DNA from: Mobula hypostoma
Taxonomy: Eukaryota
Reading direction: 5' to 3'
NCBI RefSeq assembly: GCF_963921235.1
Contig: NC_086118.1
Coordinates: forward strand, 14,200,001-14,264,000
DNA: 64,000 bases
Shown: piece after piece, positions 26,023 through 39,453 of the stretch
Layout: each line of letters begins with the position of its first letter
Numbering within the stretch: position 1 is the stretch's first letter
Program-made: the position numbers and the translations under genes
Notes under the pieces: generated by a model
The model's database searches: none
Told to the model about the DNA's origin: nothing
The model's input: only the letters and a program-made list of their open reading frames with translations

Positions 26023-26945
26023 TATATCACACTTGCTTTAGCTGAATTAACAGGAGCCTTCAGGCTTCCTGTTGCAAACAGACAGGCAGAGAGAGGCCTG
26101 AAGACTAAAAAGATGGAATAACTCAGACCGCCATGTAAATTTAACTGAAAATATCACTGTTTCAGAGTTGGCAGTGAAAGCTGCATTGTGGCCAAAAGGT
26201 TTCTGGGTAAGTTTGACTTATTTTTAAGCATTTCCTTGTGGGCCACTACTTGACCCTTCTCTGCAGTTGAGCAAAGATATTTTCATTGGAGTCTTCACCT
26301 GAGTATTAAACATCTCTTCAAAAACAAACTTGATCTGGGTAAATTAAGTAAAGAAAAATAATCCGAACTTTTATCAGGATTGTTATTGAATCAATCTTGA
26401 GAGAACAGATGCAAATCCAAGTCAAATCTCAACTTTTCATATTTCAGCTTGTGTTGACTATTTGTGAGCGTCACCTGATGTTTGCAAATATACTTTTTGT
26501 ATTTAACTTCACAGCCATTTAAATAATCACTTCACATAATTCCAGAAACATGCCCATATATCGAGTTAGATTGCATTCTTCCCAAATTCAGAAAAGGAAA
26601 GAATGAAAAAGAAAATCTGTGTAATTTTTTTCAAGCTTTTCTATAATTAAAGGTAATTTATTTAGGACACGAGTATCCATTAAAGTTATTACTGACCTCT
26701 CAGTAAATGACCATGAGGATTAGAAGCTTTAACTGTCACTCCAGATTAAGAGAATCTTGATTACATTTACTGTGGGTGTAAATCCTTTGTAAAATAAATA
26801 GGCAAATTCAAGTAAAAATGCACAGTGATATTTTTATTCATATTTAATTGTACAGCTCTTGCTCTAGTTCATACAGAAACATGCAATTTGTAAACAATCT
26901 TGGACTAGTCTTTGGATATACTTTATCCCCAGTGCAATATTAAAG

Positions 26946-27055
26946 CTAGTTTCTTTTCAGCTTTTCTTTGATTTTCTTGGGTTCTAGCTGTATCAATCGA
27001 AGAATATCCTTGTTTTCCAGTGTGCCCTGAATAAATTCACCCTCTGATAATTTAT
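26946..27055 (-). CDS. RCVRN: Recoverin exon 3: (D)KLSEGEFIQGTLENKDILRLIQLEPKKIKEKLKRN-stop
   Basis: Acceptor ttctttttccacAG, 110 nt, stop TAG at 26948-26946. Total CDS is 381+112+110 = 603 nt = 200 aa. Candidate AATAAA on the minus strand at 26838-26833. Confidence 0.95.
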
Positions 27056-27662
27056 CTGTGGAAAAAGAACATTTAATTGATGTGTTATATTTGTAAGAAA
27101 TTTTCACTTCAACACAAACCACACAATATTAGAAACAACTTTCATATTTTGGTTGTCTTGCAACATGGCTGATGAAACATGCTCACCTGCATGAAAACAT
27201 GAAGCTTTTTAATTGGCTGGAATTTTTTAGTTAAACATAGATATTATATTCAATAGGAAATATAAAGAGTGTTATACTTTCATTTACCTTCACAGATAGA
27301 CCTGCTATGCATTCCTTCTGCATTCTATTCTCTTTGAAACAATCTGATTCGAATTGGCACATGGCAGTTTAAAGCTACAAGCATTAATTCTGACAATCCT
27401 GTTAATGTATGAGTAATATTACCACAATAATTGTACCAGCAATGGCCATTTAAGGATTATTGATCATAGGTGGTTCTCTGTAATATTCAAGAGTTTGACA
27501 GCTTCCCTGTGTCGACGTGTGTCCCAAATACAATTTACTAAAACTATACTTTTAGTCCTTATGGACTCCCTCAGGATAAATTGAGAGAATGTATGAGGAA
27601 ACCACAGAGACTTTACTATCTATCCTGATTGTCAAATTGCTGTCAATTCTTTTTTTAACACA

Positions 27663-27985
27663 GGTGGGGGAGTCTGAGACCAGAAGACACATCCTCAGTA
27701 TAGAGGAGTTTCCTTTTAGAACGGAGATGAAGAGAAATTTCTTTAGCCAGAGAGTGGTGAATCTGTGGAATTCGTTGCCACAGGCAGCTATAGAGGCCAA
27801 GTCACTGGGTATATTTAAGGCAGAGGTTGGTAGATTCTTGATTAGTCAAGGCATGAAGGGATACTGGGAGAAGGCAGGAGATTGGGGCTGAGAGGAAAAT
27901 TAGATCAGCCATGATGAAATGGCGGAACAGACTCAATGGACCAAATGGCTTAATTCTGCTCCTATATCTTATGGTGTTATGGTCT
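27663..27985 (+). mobile_element. CR1 3' end in RCVRN intron 2
   Basis: FRTEMKRNFFSQRVVNLWNSLPQ followed by the CR1 3' UTR and tail. Confidence 0.88.
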
Positions 27986-28169
27986 AATATCCAGATCACC
28001 CAGGCCATTAAAGGCATTGCAATTTTAAAAAATCAATATCTATTTTTATATGTACAGAACTATCACAAATTTAAAACCCATGTTGCTCATAATGTCAGTT
28101 TAAAATGTATTGAGACTGATCTGCATATTGGTCTATCTTTTAATCCCTTTACCATATCTGTGTGCTTAC

Positions 28170-28281
28170 CATTTTCTTTCTTGCCAAAATAGTCCCAGAT
28201 TTTGTCAGTTCTCTTCTCTGGTGTGTTCTCATCCTCCGGCAGGTCTTTTTGATCGTCATCATTTATCATTTTAAATATTGC
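28170..28281 (-). CDS. RCVRN: Recoverin exon 2: AIFKMINDDDQKDLPEDENTPEKRTDKIWDYFGKKEN
   Basis: tccaaacAG | 112 nt | GTaagc; phases are compatible with exons 1 and 3. Confidence 0.96.
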
Positions 28282-28396
28282 CTGTTTGGAGTAAAGAATG
28301 GATTTCACTAAACCAGTCAGACCACATGATATTTCTTCACAGGATGCAGCCAGCTGTAGCTATCTTTTCATTAATGCACAGAAGCCCTGACTGCAA

Positions 28397-28770
28397 TGTG
28401 GCACGGTAAGTGGAGCTGCTATCTCACAGCACTAGAGACCCAGGTTCAATCCTGGCATTAGGTGGTGTCTGCATGGCGTTTGCACATACCCCCAGAGACT
28501 GTACGGGTTTCTCCTAGGAGCTTTGATATCCTTCAGCCTTCCACATCTGCGTGGGTTGAGTTAAACTGTCCTCACTAATTGAGGAGCACTATAACTTCTC
28601 CCCAATTTGTGGGTGAGTGGCAAATTATGACAGAGGTTGATAAGAATCAGAAGTTGAAGAGAATGTGGGAAGAATCAAACATAGTAATAGAGGGTCAGTA
28701 TAAAATGAGTAGTTGATGATTAGAATACACTCTGTGGGCTGAAAGGCCTGCTTGCATGCTCTATCACTCT
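28397..28770 (+). mobile_element. tRNA-derived V-SINE (HE1-like) with CR1-like tail
   Basis: A box (tggcacggtaagtgg), B box (ggttcaatcc), V-like core and gggctgaaaggcctg tail. Confidence 0.7.
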
Positions 28771-31154
28771 ACAACTATGAGAAACGTATTTGCTTCTTTA
28801 ATTAATACAGCTAAAAATAAGTCAAATCATTTCCTTTTCAGTAAATAATTGACGGAAAACGAGAATTCATTCGATATCTGCATAATCTCTTGTGTTTATC
28901 ATATCTTTTTCTCTCTTCCTCTCCTTAAATAACTGTATGGTTTACAAACCACTCAGGAGTCAATTCCTGGCCTGTACATGCCACTGACTTATACAACCAG
29001 AAAGATCATGACCTCAGACCCTGTTAAGTTTCCCAGCAGAGGTCATTAGGAAATGATCAAGACTAATTCCTGTTTATATTCTCCGTGCTCCCATTCCAAA
29101 GCCAATGGCAAAACGTACCTGAAAAACAATCCTCACTGAATACTTCTAACAATAGAAAAGGTGAAGTCTTCAGTTCAAGTCATGTTTGACAAAAGATTTC
29201 CTTGAGAAAGGCACTGTAGTTCGAATTAAAAGCTGCCACCAAAAGGGCTGTGAATGCTAAAAAAGACAGGCATTTCTAGAAGCTAGGTGTTTAACTAACA
29301 CTCTTGACTAAGTGTAAGAAAGTAATTAGGAATTAGCAGGCCATGCAGAGAAGAGACAGATATAGTCATTGGGATAAATAATTTGACACAGCATTGCCAA
29401 ACAACCTGTCGTGTGCTGAACTATTCCATGCTCTCTGTTTATTGGTGGCAATTTGTATGGCTACTTGATAATCTATCTGCAACCTACAATATTCAAACCT
29501 TTTCATGTTCATTAGTGCCAATGGTGAAAAGTATTGGCGGGATCTCAGGCACAATCTGCAAGGACCCCAGAGAGGTTTCCATGGACCATCTCCACCAAGA
29601 CATCCAGAGGCATATTACAGAAACAGTGCAGGTCTCCACTGACTTCTCAGCTCAATATGGAGTACCACCTCTGCCTGTCCTTCAGTGGAGGCGAGTGCAA
29701 GGAACCTACGCACACTGTTCCAAGAAAATTGTGCTTTATCTGCACTGGAGTGGGGAACCTTAGGTTTCAGACTTAGAACCTCCAGACAAGAGTTGACAAA
29801 TTAATATTTAGGTTTGAAACTGTATGCTAAATCCAGAATTTTCAGCAAGGCATGTCTGTTAATGCTACAGATATTTAGCACCTGTTTTCACTGCAGGACA
29901 ATCTCCTTCTTATACTACCCCACATGTATTTTATACACCACTTTTCATAATTGCAGAATATCAAAAAGCAAGCTGTAAACACAAAGCAACAATGACAACA
30001 CCCTTTTGTTATTCTTAGTCAAAGGTGCTACAACTCCAAAGCAGCATTGTGTACCCCAAACCAAAAAGATGATACACTTGGTCATAGAGGGAGCTTTTAA
30101 GGAAGGAATTTAAAAAGGAAAAGTGTTTTAGGAAAATAATTTCTCAAGGTTAGAGACTTGATAGCTGAAGCTACAGGCATGAATGGTGAAAGAATTAAAA
30201 TCCAGGATTGTTTAAGATGAACACACACAAATGTTAAAGGAACTCAACAAATTAGGCAGCCTATGGAGGGAAATGCACTGTCAATGCTTCTGGTTTTATA
30301 GATTTTGCAGAATCTCTTGTGTGTATATAGTTCAGAATCCAACCTTGGAGAATTATCTTTGCCTTCCCCTCCAGCATTAGAGAACTATAAATCTGGAGGA
30401 GAGTGCAAAGATGAGAAGGTGTGATGTTTTGGCATGATTTGAAAACAAGATAGTAATTCGAAAATCAAGGTCCTGCTTTTACTGGCAAAAAAATTTAGAT
30501 CAGAAAACATGGGGCTGATGGATTAACAGACGTTGGTGGAAGTTGGGACAGAGGCAAGCAGAGTTTTAGATGAGTTTTAAATGACTGCAGATTTGCAGAA
30601 GAAAGAATCTCAGAGACTAGTCATGAGTAGGTTGGAAAAGGCAAGCCTAATAATAAGGTATGTATGAAGATCTTAGTGGGTGATGAGCTGAGGACCTGGA
30701 ATGTCACAAAGCTGAGAATAGATGTTGATGGGGATGTACGGATTTGTAGTTGAAAGCTCATCATAGGATTAAAAATATTTTCATCATAGGATTATAAAGA
30801 ACATCAAACTGGCAATACACCTGATGCAATTTCAGAAAGAGGCCTGTTACAGGGGTGGAATTGAGGCTAGGGCTAGTGTTTTTGGTTGTCAGACTCAAGT
30901 AATTCTAATATTACCTTACAACATAGAAAGAAGCCATTCAACACATTGAAGCTATGCCAGCACTTGGATCCGATCAATTCCATTCCCTGCATATATCCCT
31001 GAAATTTATTCTCACCAAATCACCCTTCTAATCTTCTTCCCATCCTCTACACTTGGGAGTATTTTACAATGGTCAGTTAACCCACTCACCTGTAGATCTT
31101 TAGAATGTGAGAGCAAACTGGAGCAACCAGGATCAACTTATGTAGGCACGAGGA

Positions 31155-31373
31155 AAGAAAAGGAAATTGCCTTTCAAACTCACGAGAGAGCATAGGCCAC
31201 CAAATTTTTGCTGTTGACGTTTCTGTAGCAGGCAATTTCTTTTTTACAAGGTCGAGTTGCTAGCTCGACGCTCAACCCAGCATGGATGGAGAGCGTGCCT
31301 GGGGAGCCGGCTGGATTCGAGCTTGGGAGCCTTTGCTCCGAAGTCCGGTGCTGATGCCACTATGCCACCAGCC
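31155..31373 (-). mobile_element. tRNA-derived SINE with possible RTE-like tail
   Basis: Minus strand reads GGCTGG-TGGCATAGTGG (A box)...GCTCGAATCC (B-box variant), then a non-tRNA body. Confidence 0.65.
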
Positions 31374-32092
31374 AGCCAATGTAGGCATGAGGCGTACATA
31401 CAAACTTCACAAAGCCAGATGTGGAGATCAGGATCGGGCCCAGCTGGAGCTGGGAAATTGTGCCATACATGGAATATATGGTCAATAATAATTCCATGGG
31501 AGTTTCCAAAGTAAACCTTATGAATAAAAATGATGCCATTGGAGGAGAGTCTCTGACCACAGCTAAGAACGGAATCAATTGTACCATCTTCCAATGCCTT
31601 ATCAACAGTCAGCTAGCCTGATGGTAAAACATTGGAGGGTGATGGAGCAATTGATAATATCCCAGGCTAAAGGAGATTGAGAAGGAGAAACTGTCTCATT
31701 GGATGCTACTTTGAATTCGACAAAAATACACTTCCTTTGGTGTAAATCTGGTTGCAGAGATTCCTAGATGTTTCAAAGAAAATTTGGAAGTCCGTAACAC
31801 ATTCAAGGAATTTTGAGAGGAAAGTGAGTTTTAGATGGAGCAGTAATTTAGAAAGACAGATCTGGGACAGGGAAGGAATATGTGGGAACTTTAAGGAATG
31901 ATTTTGGGCAGTATGGAGATAAATTAGTTTTAATATGTAGTCTTCATTGTAATATATGTAAAGCCTATTGCAATAATCCTCTGCATTTCTGTTAATCTAA
32001 TAAGGAAAGGAGAGTTTACTGCCCTTTAATCTGTTTAGAATTATTGCTCCAGTATAAAATACACCTTGAATCCACATCAATAACACTGTATA

Positions 32093-32340
32093 TAGAACTG
32101 TGCAAAGGTCTTAGGCACATATATAAAACTAAGATGCCTAAAACTTTTGTAAAGTACGATAAATTATACGCATCTCTTTTTTTACAAAAAAAAATTACCT
32201 GAACAAAGAAAATGCACTCAGTGAGCACTTTATTAGGTACACCTGTACACCTGCTCATTAACGCAAATACAGTACCGTGCAAAAGTCTTAGGCACCCAAG
32301 CTGTATACATATGTATGCCTTAGACTTTTACACGGTACTG
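32093..32340. mobile_element. Cluster of Tc1-type mini-MITEs and a TIR fragment in RCVRN intron 1
   Basis: 32270-32340 has 25-bp TIRs (CAGTACCGTGCAAAAGTCTTAGGCA) flanked by TA. A degraded sister copy lies at ~32093-32158, and a different Tc1 TIR (cactcagtgagcactttattaggtacacc) starts at ~32215. Confidence 0.8.
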
Positions 32341-33048
32341 TATTTCTATTATAACTTTTGTAATTCTGAACTGTATTTAGTTAGTTCTTTAAAACTTAAT
32401 ATTTACTAGCATTGCAATAAAAGTACATTAATTCCAGTTCAAAGATATTGAAAACACATTACTTAGTTTGGATATACATATTAATGAAAGAGAATAGTTA
32501 TGATGTTTTTTACCTTTTATACATAACTGAACAACAAAAACAGTTTACGAGGCCCTAATTCTTCCTGTAATTGAGATAACATTTCTCCCATGTCCTGCCC
32601 TTCAATCATTTGCTTAGTATGGCACCTTGCTGAGAACTTACATAACAGGGACAGCTTTTCAAAAGCAAAGTGTCTTTGGTTGACTGGGGCATCTGTTAAG
32701 CTGCAATATGAATAAAAACACCCTTTCACTGTCTTTTAAAGTAATGGCTATTACCATAAAATGGTAGAAGCCATATTGTTTTCTGGGGGGAAAGGCCCTA
32801 GGTTGTCTGAGAGGATACTTACTTTAAAGCGGGGTAAATATAAAGAGAATCACATCAACCTTCCCATTCCCAGTAACTGGTTATAAAGCAGGGATAACTG
32901 AATTGGCCGCCTGCAAAAGGTTCTCAAAAGAGGAAAAGTGACAACTGAAGGAAAGTAGATAGAAGAAAAAGACCAAAATGGAAAATGAGTATCAATATTT
33001 TCTAGCAGTTTGTATAAACAGAATCATGCAATTTAAAAATCAGTGTAC

Positions 33049-33429
33049 CTTGACAATTTCTAAGATCTCCTGCTTGTTGATTGTGCCATTGCCATCCACG
33101 TCATAAAGGGAAAAGGCCCATTCAAGCTTCTGAGAGGTTTTTCCAGAGGAGGTGAGGTGAAGGGCAATGATGTATTCTTTAAAATCCAAAGTCCCATCAG
33201 CGTTGCTGTCAAAGCTTCTGAAAACATGCTGAGCATATTCTTTCGGATCTGCATCTGGGAAGAAGCCTGAGTAGATTTGCAGAAATTGTGGCATGGTGAT
33301 CTTACCATTTGGACATTCCTTCAAAAAGGATTGATACCATTCAGAGAGTTCCCCCTCTGAGTACTTGGTGTTGAGTTTGAGATCTTCCAAGATATCTTTG
33401 GAGAGGGCACTGCTTTTGGAATTTCCCAT
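33049..33429 (-). CDS. RCVRN: Recoverin exon 1 (myristoylation motif and EF-hands 1-3)
   Basis: MGNSKS start at 33429, EF2 loop DSNADGTLDFKE, EF3 loop DVDGNGTINKQE, conserved Cys39; 381 nt then donor GTacac. The SLYDVDGNGT motif and basic C-terminal tail favour recoverin over visinin. Confidence 0.96.
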
Positions 33430-33504
33430 TTCCAGTACCAGAGGCAAGAAGCAGGAAGGGGAACAAAGGACTACTCCTGACTGAATACTGCACAGTCTGG
33501 CACC

Positions 33505-33860
33505 AGATGCATATTTATCTGAATAGATTAAAGGTTCATGGTTTAGAGGGATTAGCCTTTATCTCCTTAAGGTTGACATTCACACAGACAGCAGAATTCC
33601 TATAAACAAAGAAAACTAATTAACTAATGGAAGTAGCTGTAATTTAAGGCATAAATTCCTAAAAATATTAACAAATCACATCTCCCCTACTGCAGTGTTT
33701 TATTCCCTACAGTGTCATTTAACATCACAAGTACTTTTGGTCATTTCTCACATCTGAATTTACCAAGGATTGGACAAATGTTATCATTTGTTCTCAGGAT
33801 GAGAATGATATTGGTGTCTAAATTTGTCGCCAATAGAGCTGGTGCTCTAATCCCTGGAAT
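33505..33860 (-). promoter_or_regulatory. Putative photoreceptor promoter of RCVRN with CRX/OTX sites
   Basis: CTAATCCC on the minus strand at 33548-33555 and on the plus strand at 33847-33854, TAATCT at 33525-33530, and TATA-like GATAAATAT at ~33511-33519. Confidence 0.65.
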
Positions 33861-34314
33861 AGCCAAAGTCTTTGTGGTGATAATGCCTCTGCATTGAACC
33901 AAAGGAGGACCTTAACATGACAATGACATTTGGCACTGGGGTGGGGAATGTGAAATGAGAGACAGGAGAGGAAATTAAACTGGAAATGGACATTGGAAAC
34001 AGAATAAGCAAAATAAATGGGCTGTAGAAACAAAGGGAAGTAGCAAAAAGGATCAGAGTGTGGGGAAATGTAAGATTAAACATAATGGAGTACTGTCGTA
34101 GAAAAGCAGCATCCATTATCAAGGACTCCCACCATCCAGGCCATGCTCTCTTCTCTCTGATGCCATCAGGAAGAATGTACAGGAGCCTTAGGTCACACCC
34201 CACTAGATTCAGGAACAGTTATTACCCTTCAATTATCAGGCTCCTAAACCAGAGTGGCTAACTTCACTCACCCAAACACTGAAATGATTCCACTTTTCCA
34301 CTGTCACAATTGAT

Positions 34315-35940
34315 TGGTCCTATACTCTCATGTCTTATCCTCTTGCTCTTCTTATACTTGTGGAATGCCTTGGGGTTTTCCTTAATCCTGCGCACCAAGG
34401 CCTTCTCATGGCCCCTTCTGGCTCTCCTAATTTCATTCTTAACCTCCTTCCTGCTAGCCTTATAATTTTCTAGATCTCTTTCATTACCTAGACTTTTGAA
34501 CCTTTCATAAGCTTTTCTTTTCTTCTTGAGTAGATTTTCAACAGCCTTTGTACACCATGGCTCCTGTACCCTACCATCCTTTCTCTGTCTCACTGGAATG
34601 TACCTATGCAGAATGCCACGCAAATATCCCCTGAACATTTGCCACATTTCTGCCCCCAATTTCCCTGAGAACATCTGCTCCCAATTTAGGCTTCCAAGTT
34701 CCTACCTGATAGCTTCATATTTCCCCTTACTCCAATTAAATGTTTTCCTGACTTGTCTGCTCTGTCCTTCTCTAATGTTATGATAAAGAAGATAGAATTG
34801 TGATCACTATCTCCAAAATGCTCTCCCAATGAGAGACCTAACACCTGACCAGGTTCATTTCCTAATACCAGATCAAGTACAGCCTCACCTCTTGTAGGCT
34901 TATCTACATATTGTGTCAGGAAACCTTTCTGAACACACCTAACAAACTCGACCCCATCTAAAACCCTTGCTCTAGGGTGAAGCCTATCAATATTGGGGAA
35001 GTTAAAATCTCCCATCATGACAACCCTGTAATTATTGCACCATTCCAGAATCTGTCTCCCTATCTGCTCCTCAATGTCCCTGTTACTATTGGGTGCTCTA
35101 TAAAAAACACCCAGTAGAATTATTGACCCCTTCCTGTTTCTAGCTTCCACCCACAGAGACTCAGTGGACAATCCCTCCAAGATTTCCTCCTTTTCTGCAG
35201 CCATGACACTATCTCTGGTCAACAGGGCTACATCCCCACCTCTTTTGCCTCCCTCCCTGTCCTTTCTGAAACATCTAAAGCTTGACGCTTGAAGTAACCA
35301 TTCCTGCCCCTGAACCATCCAAGTCTCTGTAATGGCCACAATGTCATAGCTCCAAGGGCTGATCCACGCTCTAAGCTCATCCGCTTTATTCATAATACTC
35401 CTTGCATTAAAATAGACACATCTCAAACCATCAGTCTGAGCCCATCCCTTCTCGATCACCTGCCTATCCTCCTTCTCACACTGCCAACAAGCTTTCTCTA
35501 TTTGTGAGCCAACCATCCTTCCTCCATCTCTTCAGTTCAGTTCCCACCCCACATCAATTCTAGTTTAAACTCTCCCCAATAGCCTTAGCAAACCTCCCTG
35601 CCAGGATAGAGGCAAACTACCATCTGTTTTGTTTTCCTGCGTCCACAGAATCACCTGTCTGACCCCCTAAATATAGAGTCCCCTATCACTGCTGCCATCC
35701 TCTTCCTTTCCCGTCTGAGCCACAGGGCCAGACTCTGTACCAGCAGTGCAATCACTATTGCTTCCCCCTGGTAAGTCATCCCCCCAACAGTACTCAAACA
35801 GGAATATTTATTGTTAAAGGGGACAGCCACAGGGGTACTCTCTAGTATCTGACTTTTGCCCTTCCCTTTCCTGACTGTTACTCACTTACAGTATTTGTTT
35901 CCTGAGGCCCCGGTGTGACTACTTGCCTATAGCTCCTATC
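34315..35940 (-). mobile_element. CR1 LINE 5' portion (ORF1 esterase remnant and ORF2 APE endonuclease), lacking RT
   Basis: AVIGDSIFRGSDR (~35650-35692) and YFNARSI..K..EL, AITETW, MGDFNFP, LDLVL, SDHN (34686-35516). Confidence 0.88.
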
Positions 35941-36635
35941 TATCAACTAGTTGAGTGGTGTCACAGCAATAACTTTGCACGCAACGTCAGTAAGACCAAA
36001 GAACTCATTGTGGAGTTCAGAAAGGGTAAGATGAGGGAACACACACCAGTCCTCATTGAGGGATCAGAAGGGGAAAGAGTGAGCAATTTTAAGTTCCTGG
36101 GTGTCAATATCGCTGAGGATCTATCATGCAGCTGTAAAGAAGGCACATTACCGTCTATATTTCGTTAGGAGTTTGAGGAGATTTCGTATGTCACCAGAGA
36201 CACTTCCACAGACATACGAGGAAAGCATTCGAACTGGCTGCATCACCCATCGGGTATGGTGCTGGAGGCGGGAGGGAATGCTGCACTGGATCAAAATAAC
36301 CTGCAGAGACTAGTAACCTCAGTCAGCTCCATCATGGGCACTAACCTCCATCGTATCCAGGATATCTTCAAGGATCAGAAAGACGGCATCCATCATTAAG
36401 GACCACCATCACTCAGAACATGCCTTGTTCTCATTGTTACCATTGAGGAGGAGGTACAGGAGCCTAAAGGCACACACTCAATGATTCAGGAACAGCTTCT
36501 TCCCCTCTGCCATCCAAATTCTGAATGGATATCCAACACTAATTTAACAATTTTATATATACATATTTCTGCTGCAAAGACAACAGATTTCATGACATAT
36601 GCCAGTGGTATTAAAACTGATTCTAATTCTGATTC
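35940..36635 (+). mobile_element. Rex1/Babar-type LINE 3' fragment
   Basis: LVEWCHSNN...NVSKTKELIVEFRK...FKFLGV; (GATTCT)n tail at ~36619-36635. Confidence 0.8.
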
Positions 36636-38011
36636 TTCGAGGTTGGATGAGAAAATGAAATCTTGAGAGTCAAAAGTGACATATGAGTATAAGAAAGCAA
36701 TATTTCTGATAAGGACAGGGCCAGATCCATCTGGTAAAAGAGTTCCTTTTTAATGATGTGTAGAAATTGTAATTCAAACCCATTAAGAATAATGTATAAG
36801 TAAGCTATAAGCCTTGGTTAAAGAGAGAGGAGGGTGAGTCAATTACTGAATACATTATTAACGGTGAAAAATTTATTCTTGCAATACAACGTAAGTGCAT
36901 TCTTGGATTGAATCTTACTTGGCAAATCTGTGTCTGAACTGGTCCATGTAAGGCTTCAGTTAAAGCTTGTGTCCTCATGAGACCTGGCATTTAAAAGGGA
37001 ATCCAATATTCCTCTTTAGCTGTAAATAACATCCAAGGATTTCAGGCACCAGGTGCAGCTGATAAAGAGCAAGCCAGATACAGAGAGGATTAGCAATATC
37101 CAAGGCTTTGAACCGGATTCTGAAGCAAATTAGTGAGATGAGTTCTATCATTTCTATCTTTTCATTGACCATTGTTCAGACAAGCCTGGATTTAGAAGGA
37201 AAGCTCATATTTTGATAGATTCTAGATCTAGAGTGTAGGAAGGAAGGATTGCCTTAATCTTGAAGAAGGTTAAAAGGTTGGCACAACATTATAGGCCAAA
37301 GGGCCCGTACTGTTCTATGTTCTATATCTAAGGCTAAGAAGAGCCACATAATCAGGTTTAGTGGCACTTGAAATAGCAGAGAAATATCACAGTTTGAAAA
37401 TTTATTTTGATAACGAGGAACTGGGATGGTTTAGTATCTATGTAGTTGTGACAGCAAACAGATTGATTGATTTTTGTGTGAAAATATTGATTAACAACAG
37501 TACATTGACAAATGAATTGGTATTTTAATGAGCCAAGACATTTCTAGTAAGCTTGACCATGTTACTGACGGAGAACACTATCACATTGGAAACTTACTTT
37601 GGTGAAGTTTTATATCATCTGAACAAATGGACTGTACCATACAATATAATGGACAAACACTAAAGATATTTATCATTGTAGTGAATAGGCCAGAACTGAG
37701 GAGAGTGCCTGCTCAAACTCAATCCTTTCATGAAGAGCAACCGCCATGCTGTCAATCCATGGCCTTCCGAATGCCATCGACCCATGGGCCTCCACTGAGA
37801 GCAACCACTGATCTCCTCTGCATTCACCTCGATGCTTCAATCTTCCTCGACACTTTGAAATGCAATCCATCATGTCTCTGGTCTTCTGCATGAGGCAGTC
37901 CAAGCTCACGGTCCTCCCCAGGGACCGCAGAGCACCGGATCACTCGATCAAACTTCAAACTGCATGTCACAGGCTCCAACAGTCTCCAAAACTTCAAACC
38001 TTGAAATGTTG

Positions 38012-38570
38012 TCATAGTCATAGTCATAGTCATACTTTATTGATCCCGGGGGAAATTGGTTTTCATTACAGTTGCACCATAAATAATTAAATAGTAATAA
38101 AACCATAAATAGTTAAATAGTAGTATGTAAATTATACCAGGAAATAAGTCCAGGACCAGCCTATTGGCTCAGAGTGTCTGACCCTCCAAGGGAGGAGTTG
38201 TAAAGTTTGATGGCCACAGGCAGGAATGACTTCCTATGACGCTCTGTGTTGCATCTCGGTGGAATGAGTCTCTGGCTGAATGTACTCCTGTGCCCAACCA
38301 GTACATTATGTAGTGGATGGGAGACATTGTCCAAGATGGCATGCAACTTGGACAGCATCCTCTTTTCAGACACCACCGTCAGAGAGTCCAGTTCCATCCC
38401 CACAACATCACTGGCCTTACGAATGAGTTTGTTGATTCTGTTGGTGTCTGCTACCCTCAGCCTGCTGCCCCAGCACACAACAGCAAACATGATCACACTG
38501 GCCACCACAGACTCGTAGAACATCCTCAGCATCATCCGGCAGATGTAAAAAGACCTCAGTCTCCTTAGGA
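38012..38570 (-). mobile_element. Rex1/Babar-type LINE 3' end with (TGACTA)n tail
   Basis: Open ORF end MFYESVVASVIMFAVVCWG...HPLH...CNTERHRKSFLPVAIKLYN (38161-38535). Confidence 0.8.
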
Positions 38571-38826
38571 AACTGACCTTTTTATTGGACTTCAGAGATG
38601 TCCCCCCTCCCTCACTTTGCCCGCAGCTTACAAAGCTTCTTTCCTCTCCTTCCCTACTCTGACAAAATATGTTTGCCCTGAAATACTAACTCTCCCTATG
38701 TTCCCACAGTTGTGGTCTGGCCTATAGAGCATTTCCCAGCATTTTTTGTTTTTATTTTATAAAAGAAGGCGGCTGGCTTCAAATTCTTTAGGCCTATTAT
38801 ATTTGTATCTCTGAAGTAGCATTCAT

Positions 38827-39325
38827 TTAAGACCATAAGACCATATGATATAGAAGAAGAAGTTGGCCATTCGGCCCATCGAGTCTGCTCTGCCATTTAA
38901 TCATGGGCTGATCCAATTCTTCCAGTCATCCTCACTCCCCTGCCTTCTCCCCATACCTTTTGATGCCCTGGCTAATCAAGAACCTATCTACCTCTGCCTT
39001 AAATACACCCAATAACTTGGCCTCCACAGCCGCTCGTAGCAACAAATTCCACAGATTTACCACCGTCTGACTAAAGTAATTTCTGTGCATCCCTGTTCTA
39101 AATTGTGAGTAGTTTTGAGCCCCTTATGTAAAAAAGTTTCTGTTGATCTTTGAGAGGATCCTGAGGAAGTTCATGAGAATGATCCCAGGAATGAAAGTGT
39201 TAACATATGAGGAGTGTTTGGTGGCTCTGGGCCTGTACTCACTGGAGTTTAGAAGAAAGAGGGGGGATCTCATTGAATTGTTTCGGATATTGAAAGACTG
39301 GATAGAGTGGATGTGGAGAGGATGT
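38827..39325. mobile_element. Two CR1 fragments in opposite orientation
   Basis: Minus-strand 3' end with (TATGGTCT)n tail at 38827-39105, abutting a plus-strand RT fragment at 39105-39325. Confidence 0.8.
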
Positions 39326-39453
39326 CTCAAATATGAGTCCTAATGCAGGATTCTGTAACGGTTAACTGCAGGTAGAGTCAGTAGTCAGGAAGGCAAATAC
39401 AATAATAGTGTTCATTTTGAGGAACTAAAAAATTTTAAAAATGGATAAATATA

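Noticed and set aside
29383..29776. 126-aa ORF in RCVRN intron 1
   Set aside because: No recognisable domain or splice structure; at most a faint resemblance to decayed Tx1/L1 sequence, too weak to call.
31300..31373. Possible tRNA gene on the minus strand
   Set aside because: The B box is degenerate, the cloverleaf is imperfect and the sequence continues into a SINE body.
33430..33447. N-terminal extension MPLVLE on recoverin from the ORF track
   Set aside because: It starts at a non-ATG codon; the true start is the ATG at 33429, which gives the myristoylation motif MGNSKS.
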